From positions 64,001 to 103,850 of the IMG/VR virus record IMGVR_UViG_3300035498_000265: a stretch of DNA of 39,850 nucleotides, one strand, 5' to 3'. A program made the position numbers and the translations under genes. Source of the stretch: a virus (lineage: Duplodnaviria; Heunggongvirae; Uroviricota; Caudoviricetes; Crassvirales). Every line of letters begins with the position of its first letter. Within the stretch, counting starts at the first letter, position 1. Below the pieces are notes generated by a model. The model ran no database searches. It was given only the letters and a program-made list of their open reading frames with translations, and was not told where the DNA came from. Positions 24,382-33,475 of the stretch are shown here, piece after piece.

Positions 24382-25365
24382 TTATTTCAATTTAGCTTCA
24401 AGAGCAAACTTAATATCTTGATGCTTAGGTAAGTTAAGGTACTTAGCAGCAACATTCAAAGTAGGCTCTTCATTGGCCTCACATAGAGGAGTGTTATCAC
24501 TTCTTAGATATAAGAATGTACCTCTCTTAGATATGAGGTTAGCTTCTATAGCTTTCTTAATTAGAACTTTAGTCTGTAGGAGAGGGTCAGTAATTATTCT
24601 CAAGAACAACTTACTATCTCCTTGGATAAGTTCATTTGCTTTAGTCTGTAAGAATGCAAGACTTACATTAGGAGCAGTTGGTCTACCATCAATAGATTCT
24701 ACAATAACTCTAAGAGTATCAATATCATCTTCAACTTTACCAAACTCTTTATAGCACATCATAGTAGCACTCATGTTCTTTTGAGCAACCTTAGTCTCTT
24801 CACCCTCAGTAATAAGCACATATTCATAACTAGCTTTTGGTGTATCTTGGAGTGCTTGTAGGGATGGTGCTATGTAGTCTTTATTCTTTAGTAATATCTT
24901 ATATTTAATGTAATCTTCTGGTATAGATAAATCTAGTATAGTATCTTGTTTTAAGAGCCTTACTCTAGAAATACCTTTATCATTGCTGTCATCCCAGAAG
25001 TTATCTGTCTTTCTATGTACACTAAGAGCATTATATTCTAGTTGCATTATTTCCTCAAGGAAAGCTTTTTCACTATTAGTTAATACATTAGCAAAAGCTC
25101 CTGAGCTTAGTTTAGGAACTGTATAAGTCCTACTAGCATTTTCTGCCATACCTCCAAAAAGCACATGTCTTGGGTCTCTGATTAAGTTAGTAGCTCTATT
25201 AATATGCCTAACTATAACTTTCTCATTCCTAAGACAATTAACTATTGGTTCCCTTAGTGAAGATACCCTGGGCTCAGTATACTCAGTTACTGCTGCCTTA
25301 ATAGGGATTTCTTGTAGTGTTGGTTCTTCTAAATCCAACTAAATCTCTTCCTGTTTCTTTGCCAT
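24382..25365 (-). CDS. Conserved crAss-like protein downstream of MCP, 327 aa (single TAG at codon 9)
   Basis: ORF-track fragment extends via one TAG to ATG 25365 (MAKKQEEIQLDL); function not recognisable. Confidence 0.75.
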
Positions 25366-25377
25366 ATTCTCCTTATT

Positions 25378-25421
25378 TAAAAATAAAAGAGGAGATGGAG
25401 TGGTTTAACACACCATCTCCT
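25378..25421 (-). terminator. Intrinsic terminator after MCP
   Basis: AGGAGATGG-a-GTG/CAC-a-CCATCTCCT stem with one mismatch, then a U-rich tail on the minus strand. Confidence 0.75.
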
Positions 25422-25439
25422 TTATTTAGCTTTTATAAA

Positions 25440-26942
25440 TTAGCCTTGTAGTATATTGGGGATAAGTGATAATGTTCTAGTTGGGTCAAGAACACAAACA
25501 CCAAATTGAGCCATCTTATGGATTACTGCAGAATCTTCATCATAAGACATATTCATGTTATTGATTTGTCCTGTGAATGGATTCCTTAGACCCCACTCAT
25601 AACCCCTAAGCTCAGGTTGTCCTTTGATTCCACATTTAAAGATATTAGGTTGGTCCATTGTACCAATATCCATAATATCATACCTATATGAGAAGGCAGG
25701 GCCACCATTAGGATGTTGAATCTTATTTCTTACAGGGTCATCGTAGTATGGGTCAACATCAATCTTAACTCTAACACCATTAGGAGCTTTAAACTCTACA
25801 AATTGGAAACCAGCTGATAGAGCATTGCTATGTAGATTAGATTGAGTCTTTTCTACAATACCAAGGTTATCTCCATTAAGAGTAAATTGTGTCCAACCTG
25901 ATACAGTGTTAAGTACAGCTTTATGGAATTGAATAGCTCCTCTTTCACCAGTCTTAATTACAAAGTATCTGTCACCCATTCCAAGCTTAGCAGCAGAAAG
26001 CTCATAAAGAGCATCTTCAATAAGCTTCAAGCTGAATGTGTTGTAATACATTGTATTAGCAACTTCCATTTGCTCAAATAGACCAGCGCCAGTCTTAATC
26101 ACTGAACCTGATTTACCAATGTTAGTGTATTCACCATTAGCATTTCTATTGCTTCTACCAAATGCAAGAGCGTTGTTCTTATACTCAGAGAATTGCTGCT
26201 CAACTTCCCAGTCAACGTGGTGCATCCATCTGTTTACAACAGTCTTCTTGCCCATCTTATCAATAACAGGAATACCACAAGCAATCTTCTTGTTAAGCAT
26301 TGAACCTGTTACCTTATGTTGAATTCTGATAGTTGACCACTCATTTCTCACTTGTACAGGAGAGCTGTATCTAATATCACCAACTTTCCTAGAAAGTTCT
26401 TTTTCTACAAAAGCAGCCTCAATAGAGAATCTTTCACCTGCTAGCAATCTTTCAGCAGGGCAACCAGCAGTGTTACCTCCAGCAAGCTCTACTTTATATA
26501 CAGCGTTAGTGCCTTCCATTCTTGGGTCTCCAAGAATTCTAAATTGATAAAGCTCGTTAAGATTACCTACAATGAACTCACCATCAGCAAACCAATCCTC
26601 AGGAAATACAAGATAGAAAGGAGCAGTGCCTGCACCAACCATGCCACTATCTTTAGTAACAGGAGTCATATTTTCATCCCTAGCCTCTAGTAGAGGAATA
26701 TTTCTCCTTGAACTACCAACTACTTCCCAGTAATATTCACTGTCATCATCAAATTCCTTAGTAGGGAATTGACTTAGGAAAGTATCAAGAGTCTTACCAA
26801 AGTGTGCTGCTAGTAGTTGCACCATAAGGTTAGTAGCTTTCTGAGGAGCAAGTCCAAAGATAGCACCAAGGTGATTTTCCTTTGTTAATCCTTTCCAGCT
26901 AGAAAAGGATTGTGTTTGAAATTTACCTAGCGTTCCAGCCAT
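25440..26942 (-). CDS. Major capsid protein, crAss-like, 500 aa
   Basis: Intact ORF MAGTLGKFQTQSFSSWKGLTKENHLGAIF...YYDDPVRNKIQHPNGG...GLRNPFTG; recognisable crAss-like MCP; no TAG; TAA stop. Confidence 0.9.
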   Translation of the reverse strand: MAGTLGKFQTQSFSSWKGLTKENHLGAIFGLAPQKATNLMVQLLAAHFGKTLDTFLSQFPTKEFDDDSEYYWEVVGSSRRNIPLLEARDENMTPVTKDSGMVGAGTAPFYLVFPEDWFADGEFIVGNLNELYQFRILGDPRMEGTNAVYKVELAGGNTAGCPAERLLAGERFSIEAAFVEKELSRKVGDIRYSSPVQVRNEWSTIRIQHKVTGSMLNKKIACGIPVIDKMGKKTVVNRWMHHVDWEVEQQFSEYKNNALAFGRSNRNANGEYTNIGKSGSVIKTGAGLFEQMEVANTMYYNTFSLKLIEDALYELSAAKLGMGDRYFVIKTGERGAIQFHKAVLNTVSGWTQFTLNGDNLGIVEKTQSNLHSNALSAGFQFVEFKAPNGVRVKIDVDPYYDDPVRNKIQHPNGGPAFSYRYDIMDIGTMDQPNIFKCGIKGQPELRGYEWGLRNPFTGQINNMNMSYDEDSAVIHKMAQFGVCVLDPTRTLSLIPNILQG

Positions 26943-26972
26943 AAGTTTTTATTAATTTACAAGTTATTTTAA

Positions 26973-28112
26973 TTATATGTCAATAGAGTATTCTTTAAAC
27001 CATGATTCAGGGTCACTAGCTCCATTGGCAAATCTCAGATTACCATCTGAGGTTCTCACAGTGCCATTTAACTTAGATTCAAGTTCCCTCATTCCCTTAT
27101 TAACTTCCTTTCTAACTTTACCTTTAACTAGATTATCTAAATTAGTAAAGCCATCAGTCATAGTAAATAAGAACCCTACATATTTAAGGAAATCAGTACC
27201 ATGTTCTCTCTCATACTTTTGAACAGCGGTCATTGGGTCTCCAGTCTCAGGGTCTTTGAATGTGGGCTTAGCAATGTTGTCATAAATTCTTTGCCTAGTT
27301 TTTTTATCAACTTCTATCTCACCAAATACCTTTTTATCACTTAGGATAGAAGTCTTAAGAGCTTCTGCTTGTTGCTTCCTTTCTTTCCTAGTAGCAGCTT
27401 CTTGTTCCTTAGCCTCATTAAGCAATGAGTCATATTGGTCTTTAAAGAATTCTTTGTTACTAGTTAAAGCTTCTTTAGCATCCTCTAGGTCAGTACCACC
27501 TTTTATAGATTTCTGTACTTCTCTAGAAGCTCTTTCTTTGCTATATCCCCTGTTTACAAAATCTTGATATATTAGATTCTTTCTTAGTGTTTCCCCTTTC
27601 TCAGTTTCATCTTCAATGCTCTCCTCAGTAATACTATCTAGATAAGCGATAGTATCCTCATATCTCTTAACATCTGAAGGCTCTACTCCAGCATTAAGAG
27701 CATCATCAATCCTCTTTTGCTTTTCATCTAGACCTGCTTGAATTTGTTTTTCAATGAGGTCTCTGAAATCTTCTGGGGTTTCTACACTAGAAATAGTATC
27801 ATCATCAAGGTCTGGGAAGATACCTTCCTCTGTCAAGGCTTTGGCAATGGAAGAGTAGAAGTTGGGAGAAGTACTGCCTTTATCAGGGTCAGTATCTTCC
27901 TTATCCTTATTTTCTTCACTACCTACGCTCTCTGGTTCTTCTTCCTCAAATAATGATTCAGGGTCTACCTCAGTAGTTTTATTTTCTTTATTTTCTTTAC
28001 CTTCTTTAGGCTTTTCCTCTTTTTTCTCAGGTTGAGGTTCCTGTGTTTCATCTGCAAATAGGAAGTCTGCTTCCTCTGCAGTAAAGATGTTGTCTAATGA
28101 TAATTCTGCCAT
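26973..28112 (-). CDS. Acidic scaffold-like protein upstream of MCP, 379 aa
   Basis: Very acidic N-terminal linker, helical/coiled-coil core; directly upstream of MCP; no TAG. Confidence 0.7.
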   Translation of the reverse strand: MAELSLDNIFTAEEADFLFADETQEPQPEKKEEKPKEGKENKENKTTEVDPESLFEEEEPESVGSEENKDKEDTDPDKGSTSPNFYSSIAKALTEEGIFPDLDDDTISSVETPEDFRDLIEKQIQAGLDEKQKRIDDALNAGVEPSDVKRYEDTIAYLDSITEESIEDETEKGETLRKNLIYQDFVNRGYSKERASREVQKSIKGGTDLEDAKEALTSNKEFFKDQYDSLLNEAKEQEAATRKERKQQAEALKTSILSDKKVFGEIEVDKKTRQRIYDNIAKPTFKDPETGDPMTAVQKYEREHGTDFLKYVGFLFTMTDGFTNLDNLVKGKVRKEVNKGMRELESKLNGTVRTSDGNLRFANGASDPESWFKEYSIDI

Positions 28113-28139
28113 AGTACTTCTTTATGTTAAACTTCGATG

Positions 28140-28170
28140 CAAAGGTAATAAGAATCCATAAAATACACAA
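28140..28170 (-). promoter_or_regulatory. Bacteroidota-type sigma promoter for capsid operon
   Basis: Minus strand TTG-N20-TACCTTTG, 27 nt upstream of ATG 28112. Confidence 0.7.
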
Positions 28171-28213
28171 GACTGTAAATGAATTTATATGGTCTAGCTT
28201 AGTAAATTTATAT

Positions 28214-28244
28214 AAAATAAAAGGGGAATAGAACCCTATTCCCC
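28214..28244 (-). terminator. Intrinsic terminator closing the 28250-30840 operon
   Basis: GGGGAATAG-aacc-CTATTCCCC 9-bp stem followed by TTTTATTTT on the minus strand. Confidence 0.85.
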
Positions 28245-28249
28245 GTTGA

Positions 28250-28651
28250 TTATAATTCTACTATTGAGCATAGTGCTTCCTCTAATATCTACTAAGCTAA
28301 ATCACCACTAAAGTGAGCAGCTTCTTCAGAGTAAGGATTAATGCCCAATGCCTCTTGTATATGAACTTCTAGGTGATGTCTTTCATGCTCAAAAGTGTTA
28401 ATAAACTCACCTATGCTAGAAGCTTTATGTATAACTAGTATAGACTCTTTCTATTCATAGTTAGAGTAAGCAAAGCCAGTATCTAACCAAGCTCTGTGTA
28501 GATTTAAACTTATATTATCATAAGTTTCTTCACTACAGTGAACCTTCTTTAGCCACTCTAGAATCTCACAAATCTCAGAGTCACTTACAGTATAATAGAT
28601 AGAGATATGCCAATCATACTTAGGTATACTAAGTTTCTATTTAATTCCCAT
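28250..28651 (-). CDS. Putative zincin-like metallopeptidase, 133 aa (TAG=Gln; absent from ORF track)
   Basis: MGIKQKLSIPKYDWHISIYY...INTFEHERHHLEVHI...NPYSEEAAH; HExxH (HERHH, 28373-28387) with a downstream Glu. Confidence 0.55.
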
Positions 28652-28653
28652 AA

Positions 28654-28869
28654 TTAATATCTCTCCTTAAGTTTCTCTATCTTCTATTCAAAGCCCTCTT
28701 TATAATGATGAACCTTAGATTTTTCATCAAAGCCTTCAGCTTCTTTCATAGCTTTCCTAAAGCCATGTTCATAACCCTCTTTGAAAGCCTTTTCTAAGAT
28801 GTGGTCATAGTCTTCTTTACCCTAGCTTCTTTCATCTAGTTCATCCATAACATGATATATCTTTGCCAT
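28654..28869 (-). CDS. Small charged hypothetical protein, 71 aa (TAG=Gln)
   Basis: MAKIYHVMDELDERSQGKEDYDHILEKAFKEGYEHGFRKAM...; fills the gap between neighbours. Confidence 0.6.
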
Positions 28870-28878
28870 AGTTGTCTT

Positions 28879-29385
28879 TCATTTACCGCTTTCATCTTTA
28901 AGTTTTAACTAAGTCATTAAGTCCTTCATTAAATCTGACATACTAGACATCTATTGTTTAAGTGTATCTATCTCTTGTTTCTATTGCTTCTATTCAGCAA
29001 ACTCTGGGTTTAGTCTTTGTAATAATTCTTCACAGTCTTGTACAATCTTATTATGATAGCCAACGCTATTTATTATACTTAGACTCTTCTGTCTTAGTGA
29101 GTCAACCTCTGCATTCATAGCTTCCCTACTAGTTGTAATAACCATATTACCATTAACACCCTAATCAGCTACATCTAAATTAGCTGGCAACTTCTATAAA
29201 GTTATATTAGAGTCATTAACTTTAACAGTAACATCTACTACTAATTCCTATGGCTACATGAAGTTAGCAACTGGGAATTTAGGTACAGGCTAACTTACAT
29301 TTAGCACTGTCCCTATCTCTACATAAGGAGTAGAATCTTTATGAAGAATATATATCTAACTATTAGTTCTTAAATTTGAAAACAT
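28879..29385 (-). CDS. Hypothetical protein with C-terminal coiled coil, 168 aa (TAG=Gln)
   Basis: MFSNLRTNSQIYILHKD...LPANLDVAD...SREAMNAEV...LLQRLNPEFAEQKQQKQEIDTLK; TGA stop. Confidence 0.7.
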
Positions 29386-29396
29386 ACTATTAATAA

Positions 29397-29897
29397 TTAA
29401 GAGTTTGTAGATTCATCAGTAGTACTAGTATCCTTAGGTTTTGAACTACTAGCTACAGTAGTAGCATTAGTAAACTCCATAAACCTAACTACACCAGTAC
29501 ACTTATTTATATAAGCTAATCTCTAAGTATTACCTACTACATTGCTACCAGTTACATTTGTATTCTAGCTATCTACTATATTTAGCTTAGTAGTGCCTGA
29601 TGTATTAGTAGTACTAGTAACTGTTGAATTAAATGCTCCTGTAGGAACAACTAATGTTACTGGTAAAGACTCTCCACCACTAGGAACATCATCATGTATA
29701 GTTAATAGTATTAGAGACTCTGATGGTAGTCTACTGTATAAGCAAGGATTAATGCCATAATCTACAGTAGTACTAGTTAAGGCAACTGCATTTGTGGACA
29801 GTTTAAATATACCTCCTACATCTACTCTTGGTAAATCCCCTTGAGTAGATATAGGAAGATTAGGTGCCCACCAATAAGGATTTAATGTTCCAAACAT
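29397..29897 (-). CDS. Hypothetical protein, 166 aa (TAG=Gln)
   Basis: ORF-track fragment extended through two TAG codons to TAA 29397. Confidence 0.65.
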
Positions 29898-29916
29898 AGC
29901 ACCATCAATTTAAAGT

Positions 29917-30840
29917 TTAACATCCACAAGTACTATAAGTACTTAAAGCACTAACACCTAAGTTAAGTGGCTGACTATATGAAACTGGAAGTAAGTTAGA
30001 CATAGCGGGAATATAAGGTATTGACACTGTTGAAGGCTGCTTACATTCAATAGAGGCTAGTCTACTACTTAAGTCCGTCAATGCATTGTTAACAGGAATC
30101 AATGACTGTGCTTGGTAAGCCTAAATAGCTGCAGTCTAATGCTCATTAGATAATTGTGAAACTAATGCAGAGTTCTTCTCTCTAAGAGCATCAATCTTAT
30201 CATATAGTCCCTGAGTAGTTATAGCATCAAGCTTAGCTAAGATAGCTTGGTTATTGCAATTCATAGTATTAGTTAAAGTACTAGTTTGATTGCTCGTAGC
30301 TATCTAGTTCTCATAGCCTTGAGTTGTTATACTATTTTGAATAGCACAGCAGCTTTGAGCTAATTGGTTTCCAATCTAGCAGTTGCCTGATTGAATAGCA
30401 TTAATTATCTATTGACCACTCATACCTACCTAGTTGCCTACACCTTGAATAGCTGATTGTGTTTGGCAAATAGCATTTTGTAGAGCACTTACATCACATC
30501 CTAGAGTTGTAGCTAATTGATTAACAGCAGTACCATTACCATTAATAGCTTGTAGTAATACTTCTCTACCAAAGTCATTGTTTAGTTGATTAGGAATACC
30601 ATCAGCTCTGTTATTACCAAAGAGGCCATTACCACCTTGACCTCCCCATAGCCAGAACATAATAATTACCCAAATCCACCAGAAGCCCCCGCCTCCCCAA
30701 CAATCTTGGTTCTTAGAAGCATTAGTTAGCATAGCCATCAAATTAGGGTCAATCCCTCTGTTATTCATAAGGCTAGCAATCAATGCAGATGAGTCAAAGT
30801 TACTCCTTTCATTAGTGTCAAAAACATAAGTTTTTTCCAT
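29917..30840 (-). CDS. Conserved gut-phage membrane-anchored coiled-coil protein, 307 aa (TAG=Gln)
   Basis: MEKTYVF...GGGGFWWIWVIIMFWLWGG (TM-like)...QSCCAIQNSITTQGYENQIAT...STCGC; joins two fragments. Confidence 0.75.
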
Positions 30841-30895
30841 AGTTAAATTTAGATTAAGTTAATTTTAAACACATATTATTTGTAAGCTTACTCTA

Positions 30896-30903
30896 CAAAG
30901 GTA
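30896..30903 (-). promoter_or_regulatory. Probable Bacteroidota -7 promoter box
   Basis: TACCTTTG on the minus strand 55 nt upstream of ATG 30840; the -33 element is imperfect (ATG instead of TTG at N20). Confidence 0.5.
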
Positions 30904-30940
30904 ATAACAATAACTCATAAAACATAATAGTGCTAATATA

Positions 30941-30980
30941 AAAAAGAAAACACCTCTAAAGCCTTGACTTTAAAGGTGTT
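30941..30980 (-). terminator. Intrinsic terminator after endolysin
   Basis: Minus strand AACACCTTTAAAG-tcaagg-CTTTAGAGGTGTT (13 bp, one G-U) then TTCTTTTT. Confidence 0.8.
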
Positions 30981-31008
30981 ATAAATTCATTAGGTTAGCA
31001 ATGTCTTA

Positions 31009-31608
31009 TCAAATAGATTTATATTCACTAGTAGCATCAAATGAAGGACAAGCTTTATTAGCATAGTCCTTATGGCTGTGGATAGTAGCCTTAGGATACT
31101 TAGCTTTTAATTGCTTAAGTAGATTTAATAGAGAAGTCTTCTATGCATCTGTTCTAGTATCCTTAGGAGTAGTTCCATTAGAGGCACATCCCCCTATATA
31201 GCAAACTCCTATAGAGTTAGAGTTATGCCCAGTGCAATGAGCTCCTATCTTAGACTCATCCCTACCTGCATTTATAGAACCATCCCTATATATAACCCAG
31301 TGATAGCCTATATCAGCAAAGCCTCTAGCTAAATGCCACTATCTTATTTGAGCTACTGTGTAATCTTTACCTTCTGGTGTAGCTGAGCAGTGAACTATTA
31401 TCTCAGTTATATTCCTACTATTAGTTACTCCTAGCTTAGCCCAAGTAGCCTAACCAACTATGCCATCAGCAGTTAAGCCATTAGCTTTCTAGAATGCTTT
31501 AACAGCCTCTTCAGTTATATCACCAAATATACCATCTGCTATTAAATTTAGCTTCTACTAGAGAGTTTTAACTTCAGCTCCCTTACTTCCTTTCTTTAGT
31601 GTTGTCAT
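31009..31608 (-). CDS. Endolysin: N-acetylmuramoyl-L-alanine amidase (Amidase_2, T7-lysozyme-like) with N-terminal peptidoglycan-binding domain, 199 aa (TAG=Gln; absent from ORF track)
   Basis: LKKGSKGAEVKTLQQKL...DGIFG...AVKAFQ...DGIVG (PG_binding_1), IIVHCSAT, DIGYHWVI, GAHCTGHN..SIGVCYIGG, HSHKDYANKACPSFD. Confidence 0.9.
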
Positions 31609-31900
31609 ACTTATAGTCTCTTATAAATTTATCTAGGTCTTTCTTACTCCAAGATAACTCTTTAAATCCAGCTGTATGAGTTCCTTTAGGTAATCTACCA
31701 GACCTAATATAATTATCAAAAGTAGCTCTACTAACATTTAAGTACCTGTGTGCCTAGTACTTACTTAATCTCTATTCCTTATCTGTGAGCTACCTTATTT
31801 TATCTATTATCTCAAACTCTTCCTACTCAGTTAAATTAGAATTACCTGAGTCTATGTTACTAACTACTTTTAACAGTAGTTCCCTTATGGTATTTATCAT
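31583..31900 (-). CDS. Small HTH (excisionase-like) DNA-binding protein, 105 aa (TAG=Gln)
   Basis: LSKYQAHRYLNVSRATFDNYIRSGRLPKG is a classic HTH_17/Xis-type pattern. Confidence 0.7.
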
Positions 31901-32261
31901 ATAGATATATTATTATAAATAAGAAAATACCAGTAACTATAGACTATATCATTAAATATCCTAAGTCACTTACTGGTATTCCTATATAAGTGTCTATTAT
32001 ATTAAGTGCCCATATTAATACAATATAATGTAAAGGCATCCTATGATAAGCACAGAACTTAAATACATAGGATGAAAGGTACAAAAATAGGATAGGAAGT
32101 AATGATACCCCACCTATATAACTCAGAATAATTAAATCTATATCAAAGTAAGATAATACTGTATTTAAAAAGAAAATCCCAGCCAAGATGACTGGGATTA
32201 TTTTAAGTACATATAATTCTACTTTATAAAGATATTTACTTAAGCTTTCCGCCGCAGCCAT
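31857..32261 (-). CDS. Multi-pass membrane protein (holin candidate), 134 aa (TAG=Gln)
   Basis: About four hydrophobic segments, basic C-terminus, inside the lysis cluster. Confidence 0.6.
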
Positions 32262-32319
32262 ATCTTCTCTTCTTTTTAGTCAACCCAGCTTTAGGGGTTA
32301 CAGGCTTTGCTCTTCCCAT
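32236..32319 (-). CDS. 27-aa basic peptide MGRAKPVTPKAGLTKKKRRYGCGGKLK
   Basis: ATG to TAA filling the gap between two genes; strongly basic; short, so coding status is uncertain. Confidence 0.45.
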   Translation of the reverse strand: MGRAKPVTPKAGLTKKKRRYGCGGKLK

Positions 32320-32339
32320 AATGATTAAGTTTTTATAAG

Positions 32340-32537
32340 TTACTTATTATTAGACTAATCAGATTCACTAGGTCTCATATAATCAACTGAAACTAGGTAA
32401 GGCTCCCACTTACCATTTTTGAACCTATGTATAACCTTGATGTCACCAGTCTTTGTATCTTTATCTACCCATAGAACATCTGTTCTAGTAGGAGCTAAAT
32501 GAGATTCATATAAATTATTGAGGATTAACTTTTTCAT
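32340..32537 (-). CDS. Hypothetical protein, 65 aa (TAG=Gln)
   Basis: ORF-track fragment plus QSNNK to TAA 32340. Confidence 0.6.
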
Positions 32538-32904
32538 CTCCCGTCATATTTAATGTTGAATAATCTTTATTCCTTATCTGACAGCTTAAATCTGTACAGA
32601 TAGTAGTAGTAATTTTAAGTACTTGGTCTTTCAAGGTATCTATTTCTCTCTTCAGTTGTTTGTTTTCTTGCATGAGTTCTTCCATGGACTATCTTAAGTG
32701 TTCATTGTCCTCGAGAGCTTTATTCAACCTAGCTGTGGTATCATCACTAAGTTTCTCATAAAACTCTAGAGACTTCTACATGTTCTCTATAAGATTTCCA
32801 TCAACCTCACTATTATATTTCTTCCTAGCAAAAACCCAACTAGTCCATCCACTTATAATAGAAGTGATTACTCCTACTCCTCCCGTAATAAGTATCTCTG
32901 TCAT
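32515..32904 (-). CDS. N-terminal TM plus coiled-coil protein (holin or inner-membrane spanin candidate), 129 aa (TAG=Gln; absent from ORF track)
   Basis: MTEILITGGVGVITSIISGWTSWVFARKK then heptad-rich region and TICTDLSC. Confidence 0.65.
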
Positions 32905-32934
32905 AATATATTAGTGTTAAGAATTATCTGTTCT

Positions 32935-33057
32935 ACCAAGGATGGCTCTTGGTTAGAGTTGAGGAGGCTAGCATTAGCATTAACATTACTGTAACTCATA
33001 CTGAAGTTGCTAACTCCATTGTTACAATAGTTATAGTCACTACTAATGAGCTTATTT
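32935..33057 (-). other. Non-coding TR-like orphan sequence
   Basis: AAC/AAT-rich register (SSDYNYCNNGVSNFSMSYSNVNANASLL), same 10-nt 5' leader AAATAAGCTC as the real TR, 3' hairpin ACCAAG-agccatc-CTTGGT; no ATG-initiated ORF. Confidence 0.45.
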
Positions 33058-33070
33058 AAGTTTAACTCAG

Positions 33071-33469
33071 TTAGTTATTCTATTTGGTTTTTACCTTTTT
33101 ATATATCTCATAAGCTACTAGTACTAGTGATATACCACCTAGATACATCAATAGTTTCTAGTACCATCTAAGCTTATTAACTTCCTATGTTATAGTAGTT
33201 TTAACCTCAATAGGGACTTCTATAGAGTCAGTCTTTACAACGGTGTCTGTCCTATTTAGATATTTATAAATGTACTTATATTTATATTGATAAACAGTAT
33301 CACCTGATATATATCTATCAATACTATCATGTACAAATATACTATCTCTATACAGTTGATTAATATATTCAATTCTTACAGTCTCAACTGGAACCTCTTT
33401 CTCAATAGTCCTAGTTGATGTACATGATACACATATAAGTAGTAATATTGCTATCAATAGTTTTCTCAT
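33071..33469 (-). CDS. Lipoprotein with C-terminal TM helix (spanin candidate), 132 aa (TAG=Gln)
   Basis: Signal peptide II lipobox LLLICVS|C16; read-through of two TAGs adds LLMYLGGISLVLVAYEIY and a basic tail. Confidence 0.7.
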
Positions 33470-33475
33470 ATCTAC

